This document shows positions 28,829-38,035 of a stretch of 64,000 bases of DNA, one piece after another. A program made the position numbers and the translations under genes. Every line of letters starts with the position of its first letter. Positions within the stretch are counted from its first letter, which is position 1. Under the pieces are notes generated by a model, which worked only from the letters and a program-made list of their open reading frames with translations, was not told where the DNA came from and searched no databases. Location: sequence record KJ190158, one strand, 5' to 3'. The stretch comes from Escherichia phage FFH2.

Positions 28829-29037
28829 TCAACACACATGCATCTGAAGAGACATCCGAAGGAGTTACCATCTGTCCCTTGGCTGAGCCAGTGAAAGAGG
28901 AAAACTTCGATTCTGAAGATTATCCATCTCCGTCCCAGGTAGATCCTGAGGCTGATGACCTAACGTGGGAAGACATCGTAGATATCTGGTTCTCTATTAT
29001 GCCTGAGCACGAAGAGTTCAGGGGTGGTAGACTATGA
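28825..29037 (+). CDS. hypothetical acidic protein
   Basis: ORF only. Confidence 0.45.
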   Translation: MINTHASEETSEGVTICPLAEPVKEENFDSEDYPSPSQVDPEADDLTWEDIVDIWFSIMPEHEEFRGGRL

Positions 29038-29156
29038 AGCACCGAGCCCACACAGGTTCCTCATACTAAAGCATGGCCTGAAGAGGCAAACGTGCATAAT
29101 TCCTGCGCATTTGGACGTATAATCCTGTTCACACTCTCATTTCCAGAGGAGATTTT

Positions 29157-29372
29157 ATGAAGATAGAAATATTTGGTGGAGCTGACAACACTCGTGGCCT
29201 GATTTACCTTGAATTTGATGAATCATACCTGCCAGAGGTGTTAAATATAGACTCTGTTGCTGAGGCTTTGGGAGTAAACCCTAAAGAACTCCACTCTTGT
29301 GCTGAGATCGATGGTTGGGAAGAGACCATGAACATTGATTTCAGTGAAGTAGAGGATGAACCGCTGGACTGA
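29157..29372 (+). CDS. hypothetical acidic protein
   Basis: RBS agaggag; last rightward ORF before ORF-free region. Confidence 0.45.
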   Translation: MKIEIFGGADNTRGLIYLEFDESYLPEVLNIDSVAEALGVNPKELHSCAEIDGWEETMNIDFSEVEDEPLD

Positions 29373-29499
29373 CACACAATTAGCTGCCCGGCTAAAGTGC
29401 TGGAAGCACCTATAACACATCTTTCAACTAAATTTCCTACCACCACAATCACTTACCTCCCACACATGACTGTTTGCTTGTTTAGTGAGCAGTCATGCC

Positions 29500-29527
29500 T
29501 TGACATTCTTGCCTATCCTGATAAAAT
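29500..29527 (+). promoter_or_regulatory. sigma70-type promoter TTGACA-N16-TAAAAT with TG extended -10, firing into ORF-free region
   Basis: Consensus -35, extended -10; preceded by 8-bp inverted repeat catgactg..cagtcatg; no ORF downstream. Confidence 0.5.
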
Positions 29528-30841
29528 TAAGTTCTTCTCTTTTCTTTTACCGAGTAATTCGGGTTTTCTGTTCTCTTCGGTTTGAAGGGGTATAGAGATA
29601 CACCTGAGTGAACAGGGTGAACAACCGAACATTTGGCTATGGCATTAGCATGGCGAAGCGGACGGGTGACGAAAGAGGGGCCGGAGGACACCAGTCACTG
29701 CCATATGATATATGGGTGATAACCTGAAGAGTCTGAATAAGTGTTTAAGTACCAGTCAGAGGAAAAGGTGAATGGTAGCCGAAGGGGGAGGGGGGTTTCT
29801 TGTATCTTTAATTTGTATATTATGTATACACTTGTAAACCAATCTCATCTGAATTTGTTTACCACACAAAGTGGATAGGGACAAATATTACCTATTAAAC
29901 TTGAATTATTTATAGAAATACCACAACACCACTTAAGTCTTTGATTTTACACACAAATCCTACAGATATTCACCCTCCATATTTAACATACCTGTAACAT
30001 ATTCCATACCCTACCTGACCGATCAATTCACCCAACTACATCCCCATATTTTCCCTGTCTGTACTACCCCTGCCCCGCCGGGAGTCCCGTCATATCTGGC
30101 TTTCCAGCAAATATCACACCCACAAATATCATTGCCTGAAGAGGGTTTCATCCCATAATACATGCCTTACCTGAAGAGCGCTTCATACACCACGTAAATT
30201 TTTTAATTGACCCCCTCCCCGCCGCCGGAGAGGTTGGCTTTTCCCACACAGACCTGAAGAGTCAGCCAGAAATATCTGAACAGGTCCAGCTATGCCACGA
30301 TTTTGTGCTTGTCCTACAGGAGTGCCTCCCTGTCAGGAGCCGGTAGCGACTGGAGTGCTGCCAGGCGGACGAAATGGGAATCATTCTCATTCTTATAACA
30401 ATTCTCAAATATCGAGGCAGTGAGGCAAATTAATAGGTGAGGCCGTTCACACAATGGCACAACATTTGCAACCTATCTTGTGGGAGTGAATGAGAATACC
30501 TATCATTGTGAGAATAGTTATCATTACGGGCAATTTAACATAATACCCATTATGCGCACCACTGGCGATCCATACAGGGATTGATAACATGGGTTACTGT
30601 TTACACACATAACAATTATATTTCTTACTATTTGTGTGGGATATAGTTAGCAGCCGATAGATTAGATATTGACCTGTAGACTTCCAACCGTCCAGACGTC
30701 TAAACGCCCACACAACAAGGGTTATACATACACAACTGAATGTAAACAGGGCCGCAAAAATGCTACCATACAAGCTTGTAAATTTTTCATGCAGCACTTG
30801 ACAAAGAGGAGGAAAACTTGTCTGACACTTTAGACACAATA

Positions 30842-30888
30842 GTGACATAATATGACATAATGGTGACACTGAACATAATTGACATGCC
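30842..30888. repeat. Tandem 10-bp iterons (G/A)TGACA(T/C)(A/T)AT
   Basis: gtgacataat-atgacataat-ggtgacactg-aacataattgacatgcc. Confidence 0.55.
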
Positions 30889-30992
30889 TGACTGTTTACA
30901 TAGCTAACTATTCATACAGAAATGATAAGCCATGCCATTCGTTTGCATGATAATAATTAACTTGTTTACAATAGATGACATAATATAAAAGC

Positions 30993-31025
30993 AGGGCAAC
31001 TATTAGAAGATCTATAGTTGCCTTG
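30993..31025. repeat. Near-perfect palindrome around GGCAACTAT / ATAGTTGCC
   Basis: agggcaactat-tagaagatc-tatagttgccttg; 9-mer recurs at 31052 and 31159. Confidence 0.55.
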
Positions 31026-31774
31026 CTTGTTATGTCATGATTAACTAAATACAAGGCAACTATGATCTGATTAATAGTTTGCAGACAAACTATCACGGGG
31101 GTGATGGTTACTGCTTTTATATTATGTCGCGACTCCGTCGCGCCATGCCATTCGTTTGCATAGTTGCCTTATTGTTACAGATAAAATAATTGTATTGTTA
31201 ATTATTTCTTATCTTTCTCTTAGTCATCTAATGATTCCAGTCAGTATAGTAATGTACAGTAAACATTAGACGACTAAAGATTTCTCTGTTTATTATAACT
31301 TACCGTGACAATTTCAGGCTGTTTACGAAAAATGTTGACACCTGGGCCGATTTATGTTATGCAGTTTACACGAATAATTATTTTATGCAGGTATTGACTA
31401 TTCCGTTATTCTATGGTTGGAATAAATACTTAGCAGACTATAGAATGGTGAGCGTACGTAAATTCTGAGATCTGGCGGCTATAGTTATACTCGATTTTTC
31501 ACGTAGAACACGCTTTTGTTAGTGTGTAAGTGTATGACTTATAAAGATTTTTAGTTGTTGACAAGATATTGAAGATGTGCATCAGGTTAAATTTTGTGCA
31601 ATAGCGGCATTACGTGCAATTTTGAGAGAGAAAACGGGTAAAAATGGCCTTGCTATCACACAATGAAAAATTATGCAATAGTTATTTTACATGTATGTTT
31701 GTACAGTGTGTGGGATTGATGGCTAGTCAATTATTCCACTTGCCAGGCTGGGCCGTTTGTGGTAGGAGAAATAC

Positions 31775-31806
31775 AGACAAAAAGAAAGGGGCCTTTTAAA
31801 GCCCCT
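31775..31806 (-). terminator. Intrinsic terminator for leftward cluster
   Basis: aggggc..gcccct stem followed on minus strand by ttctttttg. Confidence 0.55.
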
Positions 31807-31824
31807 GATAGTTTAGTTAAGAAA

Positions 31825-32244
31825 TTATAATGATTCGTATATTTCATAGATTCGATTTGCCAGGTCGTTACGGTAGCGGAATTTTTCCTCACGTTTGATC
31901 ATCAGATCTTTAAAGCCATATTCTTTAAGCACTTCATTAACTTTATGGCGGCATACCTTCATATTATCCTGTGCGTCACCAATAAACCTGTTGCTATGGT
32001 GCATGGCTTTAATTTCTTCTTCCAGGACCAGAGCAACTATGCGGACCGGATCAAGCTGATAGGCGGTAACATCCATGCGGCATTGTAAACGACTTTTTAC
32101 GTCTGCCACCGGATATACTGCAACCTCTTCCCCGTCAACATTGACAATAATTAGTTTACCATCGATTTCGAATCCTTTCGCCGCCGGACCGTGACAAAAA
32201 GCGTTATCAAAGCTATATGCCGGATTATTAGATTTAATGTTCAT
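31825..32244 (-). CDS. hypothetical protein
   Basis: ORF with own promoter (32294-32322) and terminator. Confidence 0.55.
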   Translation of the reverse strand: MNIKSNNPAYSFDNAFCHGPAAKGFEIDGKLIIVNVDGEEVAVYPVADVKSRLQCRMDVTAYQLDPVRIVALVLEEEIKAMHHSNRFIGDAQDNMKVCRHKVNEVLKEYGFKDLMIKREEKFRYRNDLANRIYEIYESL

Positions 32245-32293
32245 GGTGTTTTTACCTCTTAGTTAATTTTCTTACAACTTCCCTTCAAAAAAG

Positions 32294-32322
32294 AATATAG
32301 CAAAACTGCCGATCCTTGTCAA
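32294..32322 (-). promoter_or_regulatory. sigma70-type promoter TTGACA-N17-TATATT (minus strand)
   Basis: Reverse complement gives consensus -35 and -10 upstream of gene 31825-32244. Confidence 0.5.
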
Positions 32323-32390
32323 CCAAGGATAGCATAATTTTTATGTGATCAAGGGGCTTTATTGCCCCCCTGATCGTGCAACTTGTTGTA

Positions 32391-32654
32391 TTATTTGTTG
32401 CTCATCCAGTTTTCCCAAGCTGCCTGATAATCTGCCTCACTGCGGCGGATCTCTTCTTGTTCTTCAAGCCGGATCTCTTCTTCCAGGTACCCCAGGATAT
32501 CGGCTTTTTTGGTCTGGCGTAACATCCAATCATCTTTTTTACGAGTAAAGATCTTATAAGCTTTCTCGCAAACCTCTTTTTTGCTACCTTTTTGGACTTC
32601 AAGAACACGATAAGCCATATATTGAACTAGTTTGAGCTGGTCAAGACGTTTCAT
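32391..32654 (-). CDS. hypothetical protein
   Basis: RBS aaagaggaaaac; flanked by GC hairpins. Confidence 0.5.
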   Translation of the reverse strand: MKRLDQLKLVQYMAYRVLEVQKGSKKEVCEKAYKIFTRKKDDWMLRQTKKADILGYLEEEIRLEEQEEIRRSEADYQAAWENWMSNK

Positions 32655-32714
32655 AGTGTTTTCCTCTTTGTGCGGTTCTGATTAGTGGGCCTTTTGGCCC
32701 GTGTCATTATCTTA

Positions 32715-32987
32715 TTACTTATGGCGGCAGAATTCAAGCGTTTTTAATTGATAATCTTCCTCAGCCTGGAGTACTACCGCCTCGATCATTTCGTTGGCAT
32801 TGTTAAAGCCATAACCTTTAGCGAACTCATCCGCGCCACCTTCGTGATCATGTTCTGCGTTCATCGCTTCCACAAAATGGAATTCCAAATTGTTGAGGTA
32901 GGGGCTTGATGTTCCGTCCTCTTTTTCGATGAGATCCCAGATAGCATTAAAACGTGATTCGACTTCTTGATTAATCCAGCTTGACAT
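32715..32987 (-). CDS. hypothetical acidic protein
   Basis: RBS agagaggaaaac. Confidence 0.5.
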   Translation of the reverse strand: MSSWINQEVESRFNAIWDLIEKEDGTSSPYLNNLEFHFVEAMNAEHDHEGGADEFAKGYGFNNANEMIEAVVLQAEEDYQLKTLEFCRHK

Positions 32988-33198
32988 AATGTTTTCCTCT
33001 CTTCTGGTTGTTGTGTGGGCACTTTTGCCCCTTCAAGATAAATGTTACCCCACCCCCTGGCAGATGTCAACGGTTTTTATAGTTCTTATATGACAGGCAG
33101 GCCCGGTGATTGTCTCCCCCCGTCGCCAGGTGCCTGCCGTTGAATAAGTATAACAAAAAACAGGACCATTGCAAGCCCTGTTTTCTAGTCAATAAGGA

Positions 33199-33390
33199 TT
33201 ATATTTTTTCGCCTATGTAGTCCGGTCGGTTTTTCTCTGTCATGCGCTTTAGCAATTCTTGCATGTTACTTATGGCTTGTAGTGTATCCCCTTCCAGGCT
33301 TGAATCAACATAATCAGGATCGTCTATGACCTTTCTATGATTATGATAACGCAGTACCGCTAATACCTTTCTAACTTGTTCGATATTCAT
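33199..33390 (-). CDS. hypothetical protein
   Basis: ORF only. Confidence 0.4.
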   Translation of the reverse strand: MNIEQVRKVLAVLRYHNHRKVIDDPDYVDSSLEGDTLQAISNMQELLKRMTEKNRPDYIGEKI

Positions 33391-33402
33391 TTTTACCGCT
33401 CT

Positions 33403-33537
33403 TTAAAACAAGGTGCCAACCGTTTCCAATAGATCACTGACTACCAGGACAATACTGATCAGCACATACCTAACCATAAGGGGAAAGAGCGCCAGCGATC
33501 CCGCCACAATCCCCAAGGTGATGATTATCTTTCTCAT
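33403..33537 (-). CDS. Small membrane peptide (44 aa)
   Basis: MRKIIITLGIVAGSLALFPLMVRYVLISIVLVVSDLLETVGTLF; starts 2 nt after upstream stop. Confidence 0.3.
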   Translation of the reverse strand: MRKIIITLGIVAGSLALFPLMVRYVLISIVLVVSDLLETVGTLF

Positions 33538-33539
33538 GG

Positions 33540-33824
33540 TTAACGGTTTACGTAAGCTTTACCGTTTACGGTGATGGGCAGATCTTCCAGGTCTGGATCT
33601 TCCTTAAGGTCGCGAGCAAGCTCACCGCACCGGATACCCTCGAATCCGTAGTACTCTGTCGTGCCGTCCTGGAAAGTTTTAGCGGCAAGGCATAAGCGAT
33701 AAGTAACCCCGATTTGATTGACGGCATGAATATCCGTTAGATTAACCTCTTTTGCCAGCTCTTTAGCCATTACAGGCGCATTAAGTCCAACAACCAGGGC
33801 AACCACTGCGATCATCTTTTTCAT
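33540..33824 (-). CDS. Small secreted/periplasmic protein
   Basis: N-terminal MKKMIAVVALVVGLNAPVMA resembles Sec signal peptide. Confidence 0.5.
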   Translation of the reverse strand: MKKMIAVVALVVGLNAPVMAKELAKEVNLTDIHAVNQIGVTYRLCLAAKTFQDGTTEYYGFEGIRCGELARDLKEDPDLEDLPITVNGKAYVNR

Positions 33825-33915
33825 TGTGTCTATCCTCTTTCTGCTACGTTTAAGGCGGCGGTAACCGCCTGTTTATGCTTTGTTGGTTAATTTTCGGGTA
33901 TCGGTATAAATTAAA

Positions 33916-34131
33916 CTATGCTGTACGCTCAACTATAACAACGGTTTGGGGGATCTCCCCTTCCACCACTAGTAAGGCCTTTTTCTGCGTGATAGATATC
34001 TTTACCCGTTGCAGCGTGGCGGTGAAGTCTTTCATTTCGTCACGTGGTGTTTTAGTGCAATGCCAGATTTCAGGCTTGCCGATCTGTAAGTTGCGTAAAA
34101 ATTCTGTTTTTCCTGTTTTGTTAGTGATCAT
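33916..34131 (-). CDS. hypothetical protein
   Basis: ORF only. Confidence 0.4.
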   Translation of the reverse strand: MITNKTGKTEFLRNLQIGKPEIWHCTKTPRDEMKDFTATLQRVKISITQKKALLVVEGEIPQTVVIVERTA

Positions 34132-34140
34132 TTGTCAACC

Positions 34141-34245
34141 TCACCCGATACCGTTGGAAGACAAGATCACATTAGCCATGGTTGCAATCAGGCCAATACC
34201 TAAGGCAATAACCAGGATCACAGCATCAATTAATTTTTGTTTCAT
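34141..34245 (-). CDS. Small membrane peptide (34 aa)
   Basis: MKQKLIDAVILVIALGIGLIATMANVILSSNGIG. Confidence 0.3.
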   Translation of the reverse strand: MKQKLIDAVILVIALGIGLIATMANVILSSNGIG

Positions 34246-34322
34246 GGTGTTTATTCTCTTCTGTTAGTAACCTTATTCATGGGGCCGTAGCAGCGGCCCC
34301 AGGGTAAGGCGGCTATATGCTT

Positions 34323-34568
34323 TTAGTGTTTCATTCCAACCATCGCGGCACGGATCGCCGTAGTGCTGTACTTGAAGCCGTCCGGGGTCTTATCTTGTCC
34401 GGTTAGCTCCAGAAAAAGCATCATATCCCGCGCCGCATCATTACGATTAGCATTGGCGTTAATAAAGCCTTGGGCCAACCGGTACAATGACTCATCGTTA
34501 TTAATCCAAAGGCTTACATTCCAATGAGTTTTGTTTTTGTAACCGTTATAACCTTTATTGCTTTTCAT
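34323..34568 (-). CDS. hypothetical protein
   Basis: RBS aagaggtaaac. Confidence 0.45.
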   Translation of the reverse strand: MKSNKGYNGYKNKTHWNVSLWINNDESLYRLAQGFINANANRNDAARDMMLFLELTGQDKTPDGFKYSTTAIRAAMVGMKH

Positions 34569-34659
34569 GGTGTTTACCTCTTCTTTGTTCCAGGTGGCGG
34601 ATCATTCTACCACCTTATGTATTATGCTTTGTTAGATGGTTGTTTGTTGTCAAACTATT

Positions 34660-34839
34660 TTAACGATAATCATCATATGCTTTATTGACCTGGCGAATAT
34701 AACATTCAAAAGCTAGATCAATAGATTTATATTCACGGATATATTCACCGTAGGAAACCACATACATTTCTATAGCTTCCTCATATGCGAGTAGAATAGA
34801 ATCTAAGCCTACGATCTCAGTCTTTGCAATAATAGCCAT
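34660..34839 (-). CDS. hypothetical small protein (59 aa)
   Basis: ATG after aaagagga RBS; below ORF-track cutoff. Confidence 0.4.
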   Translation of the reverse strand: MAIIAKTEIVGLDSILLAYEEAIEMYVVSYGEYIREYKSIDLAFECYIRQVNKAYDDYR

Positions 34840-34914
34840 GATTTTTATCCTCTTTGTGGTTGGTGGGGCTTGTTGCCCCCTTTGATTTATATATTACAGT
34901 CTTATATGGTCATG

Positions 34915-35148
34915 TCAACTATTTTCAAAAAATTTTTCTGCTGTGATATTCTTCCCGGTAGGGTTCGCTACTTTCAAAATTTTATCATGCACTGGACGCC
35001 CAAAAGAATAAGCGCCGTACACAGTAAACCAATAATCGCCGTCAGGTTGTACTATTACCGCCGCATATGGTACGCCTTTTTCGTTTTTGCTGACAAAATA
35101 GATCACATTGCCATTAATAGCCTCAGCGCGTTTAATTTGTTCCATCAT
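34915..35148 (-). CDS. hypothetical protein
   Basis: RBS aagagagg. Confidence 0.45.
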   Translation of the reverse strand: MMEQIKRAEAINGNVIYFVSKNEKGVPYAAVIVQPDGDYWFTVYGAYSFGRPVHDKILKVANPTGKNITAEKFFENS

Positions 35149-35202
35149 GATGATTTACCTCTCTTTATTTTCATAATTGGGGCCTTTTCGGCCCCGCCAG
35201 GT

Positions 35203-35487
35203 TTATTTATTGATAGCGTGCAGTGGGAAAGGTACGCCAGGTTGATAAATAACCTTTACAACCTCATCAGGACAAAAGAAGTTGCAGAACTCACCGCAAT
35301 ATGCCTCATCCTCTTTCAACTCTTCATCAACATACTCAAAAAAGTAGTCGATGCTTGGATAATCCTGGCCGGGATTATAGTCAACCATCGTTAATAATAA
35401 CTCTTGATCATTCCGTAGGATGTGCATACCCGCTTTTAAGTATTTTGCTTCCATTTCTACTACATCGCCAGCGGTAACAATAGCCAT
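35203..35487 (-). CDS. hypothetical acidic Cys-containing protein
   Basis: ORF with RBS. Confidence 0.45.
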   Translation of the reverse strand: MAIVTAGDVVEMEAKYLKAGMHILRNDQELLLTMVDYNPGQDYPSIDYFFEYVDEELKEDEAYCGEFCNFFCPDEVVKVIYQPGVPFPLHAINK

Positions 35488-35689
35488 GATTTTAACTCCT
35501 ATCTATCTGGTCAACGATTGGGGGCCTCCCCCTCGACAACTCTTATTATCCATATTGTCGGGAATGATGCAAGTACTTCTTTAAAAATTTTTTAAGCGCC
35601 CCGTATGCCGTTGTAACGCCAAAATAATAAAGGCCATGCGGTTGCATGGCCTTTATGTGATTATATTGCTGCAGGCCCTGCTAGGGGCC

Positions 35690-36040
35690 TTATTTTGCAT
35701 TCTTGCCTGTATTGCCGCCACGGTACCAGCGTCTGCGGTGAAAATGGTAATAATCACCCTCGGCATTAAACATCAGATGATTTTCAATAACCAGCTTACG
35801 AAGGTAGGCCGGATCTTGTTCCATTCTTGCCAGATTCCAGCGGCTGTTACGTAAGCGTATAAATTCCATATTCAGGCCGTTGATTGCAGTATGGATGTCA
35901 AAGTAACCACCTTTGAGACGTTCACGCATGGCGTTAAGCTCAACACAATATACAGATTTCTCACAAATCAAGGTATTAGCTATGGCGCGGACCTGGGCAA
36001 GGGGGTTAAGCTCATTAAGGTAATATAGTTTTATTTTCAT
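35690..36040 (-). CDS. hypothetical protein
   Basis: ORF with RBS caggtg. Confidence 0.45.
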   Translation of the reverse strand: MKIKLYYLNELNPLAQVRAIANTLICEKSVYCVELNAMRERLKGGYFDIHTAINGLNMEFIRLRNSRWNLARMEQDPAYLRKLVIENHLMFNAEGDYYHFHRRRWYRGGNTGKNAK

Positions 36041-36057
36041 AAAATCACCTGCTGAAA

Positions 36058-36366
36058 TTAGTTTGAGAAAACATCGTTCACAATAGCGATCACAATGCCG
36101 CCCACCTTGTCACGGTCAACAACGCACAAATCACCATAGATCATGCGGTAGTCTGGATGATCTTTCACAGAATAGTCAATAAGTGTTTTCTTGTCGTCCA
36201 GCTTCGTAACTTCCATTCTCATAACGATATGAGAATCATCAAAGGCATTATTCCGAAAAGTCATAGCCTGACCGCCAGGGCACCCGGTGATCTCCACTTC
36301 CACACCATCTACGATCTGACCATCAAAGAAATAAAGATTATTAGCCTGGATAAACATGTCTATCAC
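36058..36366 (-). CDS. hypothetical protein
   Basis: RBS aaggagtg; conserved 45-bp element upstream. Confidence 0.45.
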   Translation of the reverse strand: MIDMFIQANNLYFFDGQIVDGVEVEITGCPGGQAMTFRNNAFDDSHIVMRMEVTKLDDKKTLIDYSVKDHPDYRMIYGDLCVVDRDKVGGIVIAIVNDVFSN

Positions 36367-36450
36367 TCCTTGTTAACTGCGTGGTCTTTTAACAGGGTTT
36401 AAATTTACTTTATTGATGGCCCTGAAGTCAAGGCCATCTAAAAATAAATT

Positions 36451-36651
36451 TTACAGGCCTACAATCTCTTTGATTCGTTTAACCGCCGCCTCAGCGCCTT
36501 GGGGGTAAAAATTATGGTAACCAATCACGCGAGTGATACTAATCGCCGTTTGATGATCTTCATAGTCGCCCTTGAAGATTTCTTGACCGTCAATCAGCAC
36601 GGCAATTTTTTCTTCTTTTTTGAAGTTAATAACGCGGATATTGTTGCTCAT
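36451..36651 (-). CDS. hypothetical protein
   Basis: RBS aaaggagaaac. Confidence 0.45.
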   Translation of the reverse strand: MSNNIRVINFKKEEKIAVLIDGQEIFKGDYEDHQTAISITRVIGYHNFYPQGAEAAVKRIKEIVGL

Positions 36652-36930
36652 TTTTGTTTCTCCTTTCTGGTTTTTGTGTTGGTGGGGATGTTTCCCCGTT
36701 GATTGTTATTATCCATATTGCGGACCAGATTGCAACACCCTGGAAGAAAAATTTTTTGAAAAAGTTAAGCCCCCATGATCGGGGGCGTTATCAGTTACTT
36801 ATAGCAATAAAGTACATTCCTACCCCTAACAATATTTCAAGGGCGATGATCTCAAGCCATACCATAACACGGCGCACCTTATCAGCGCATGGCTTATCCT
36901 TGGTTGTCATCGTCTCCCCCTTCCCTCCTG

Positions 36931-37152
36931 TTAGTAGTGACGTGGTTTACAATGGCCCCCAGGAGTCCTATCACCACGCACACCACAAGAAAAATTATCT
37001 CCGCTGTTGTTCGATCCATTGTTATAAAATTCCTCAAGATCAGGCCTGAAAATAAAGCGTTCGTTATTGAATCCGTCACGCCAGGCGGCTGGCTTCAAAT
37101 CTTCACTAAAGGGATTAATTAACGTGACGTTATTTAAACGGCTGGTCCACAT
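36931..37152 (-). CDS. hypothetical protein
   Basis: ATG 37152 after gagagga; alternative overlapping frame 36894-37016 encodes a TM peptide. Confidence 0.35.
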   Translation of the reverse strand: MWTSRLNNVTLINPFSEDLKPAAWRDGFNNERFIFRPDLEEFYNNGSNNSGDNFSCGVRGDRTPGGHCKPRHY

Positions 37153-37503
37153 ATTTTCTATTCCTCTCAAATAGGCGATCCGCCTCAGTTAAACATATCT
37201 CATGGGCTTGGTCTCTGGTTTTAGCCTCATCAAAAACCTGTTGTGCCAGGCTGCAGCGTAGGGAGACTGGAAGATCACTATAATAGGCGTTGACAAACGT
37301 TTGTGCGTCATACAGGTCGGAAAACACTTTACCCTTTCTATTATCGCCCTTGTCAACAATTGCAAGGATAACCAATACAATAGTTGCAACCACTCCCAGG
37401 AAAATAGATATAACAAACCATAGAAAAGCGGATCTACCTATCTTGCCAGCGATCCAGGCGTTGAACAAGGCAACTACTACAGCCAAAATAATAAATTCCA
37501 TTC
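37130..37503 (-). CDS. Membrane protein (2 predicted TM)
   Basis: ATG 37503 after aaagagg; hydrophobic N-terminal half. Confidence 0.45.
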
Positions 37504-37565
37504 TATGTACCTCTTTTGCAGTTCTGTTTAACAATAAGGCGGCAAATATGCCGCCTGTTACCTGA

Positions 37566-37946
37566 TTAAAAATTATCGCCGTAAATCTTTCCGCTTTCTG
37601 CCCACACCACCACGCGGGGCATGTTATCCCATACATCTTGTTTCAGATTTAACGCGTGCAATTCTTCGGTGGTGCTCATACCAGGCACGGGCTGATTGTA
37701 TACTGCAAAACGACCACCTGCATAATCATAGGCCAGGGTTAAATCACACTGAATCATCTTTTTGATCATGGCGTTGAGCATAGCGTTAGCCGCATACTGG
37801 TCACGTTTTAAAGGCAACTCTTTGATTAGTTTGCGATAGTTTTCAATGTGATCGCACACTGTTTCACGTGGAAGATCTTTCATATCCTCGCGAAAGGTAA
37901 CCAGGTTAAACATAACGGTGTCAATAGCTTTAGTAGTGTTTTTCAT
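37566..37946 (-). CDS. hypothetical protein
   Basis: RBS aagaggaaaac. Confidence 0.5.
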   Translation of the reverse strand: MKNTTKAIDTVMFNLVTFREDMKDLPRETVCDHIENYRKLIKELPLKRDQYAANAMLNAMIKKMIQCDLTLAYDYAGGRFAVYNQPVPGMSTTEELHALNLKQDVWDNMPRVVVWAESGKIYGDNF

Positions 37947-38035
37947 AATGTTTTCCTCTTTGTTTTGTGTGGGGCAAACGTCTTGCCCCCTTGAGTTTTA
38001 ATATAGCAGGTTTTTAGATTATTGCAACACTTTAT

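Larger units (their letters stand above)
29373..31824. repeat. ORF-free repeat-dense region (CCTGAAGAG x5, TGACATAAT iterons, GGCAACTAT palindromes, GC-rich modules)
   Basis: No ORF with RBS on either strand over 2.4 kb; multiple direct and inverted repeat families. Confidence 0.7.

Noticed and set aside
28555-28839. Minus-strand ORF 28555-28839
   Set aside because: Antisense to a rightward block, no RBS, overlaps a plus-strand terminator and small ORF.
30594-31096. Minus-strand ORFs 30594-30869 and 30908-31096 from the ORF track
   Set aside because: No RBS, they run through iteron and palindrome repeats, and their composition is low-complexity; likely chance ORFs in AT-rich DNA.
31558-31586. 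TTGACA at 31558 as a promoter
   Set aside because: No acceptable -10 hexamer at 16-18 bp spacing.
29373-31824. tRNA genes or a CRISPR array in the large ORF-free region
   Set aside because: No GTTCRANYC T-loop or cloverleaf-compatible acceptor/D-arm arrangement found by eye; repeats are irregularly spaced and heterogeneous, unlike CRISPR repeat-spacer periodicity. A computational tRNA scan was not run.
36894-37079. Alternative-frame ORF 36894-37079 encoding a TM peptide
   Set aside because: It overlaps almost all of 36931-37152, which has the better RBS; both cannot be resolved without data, so it is only noted.
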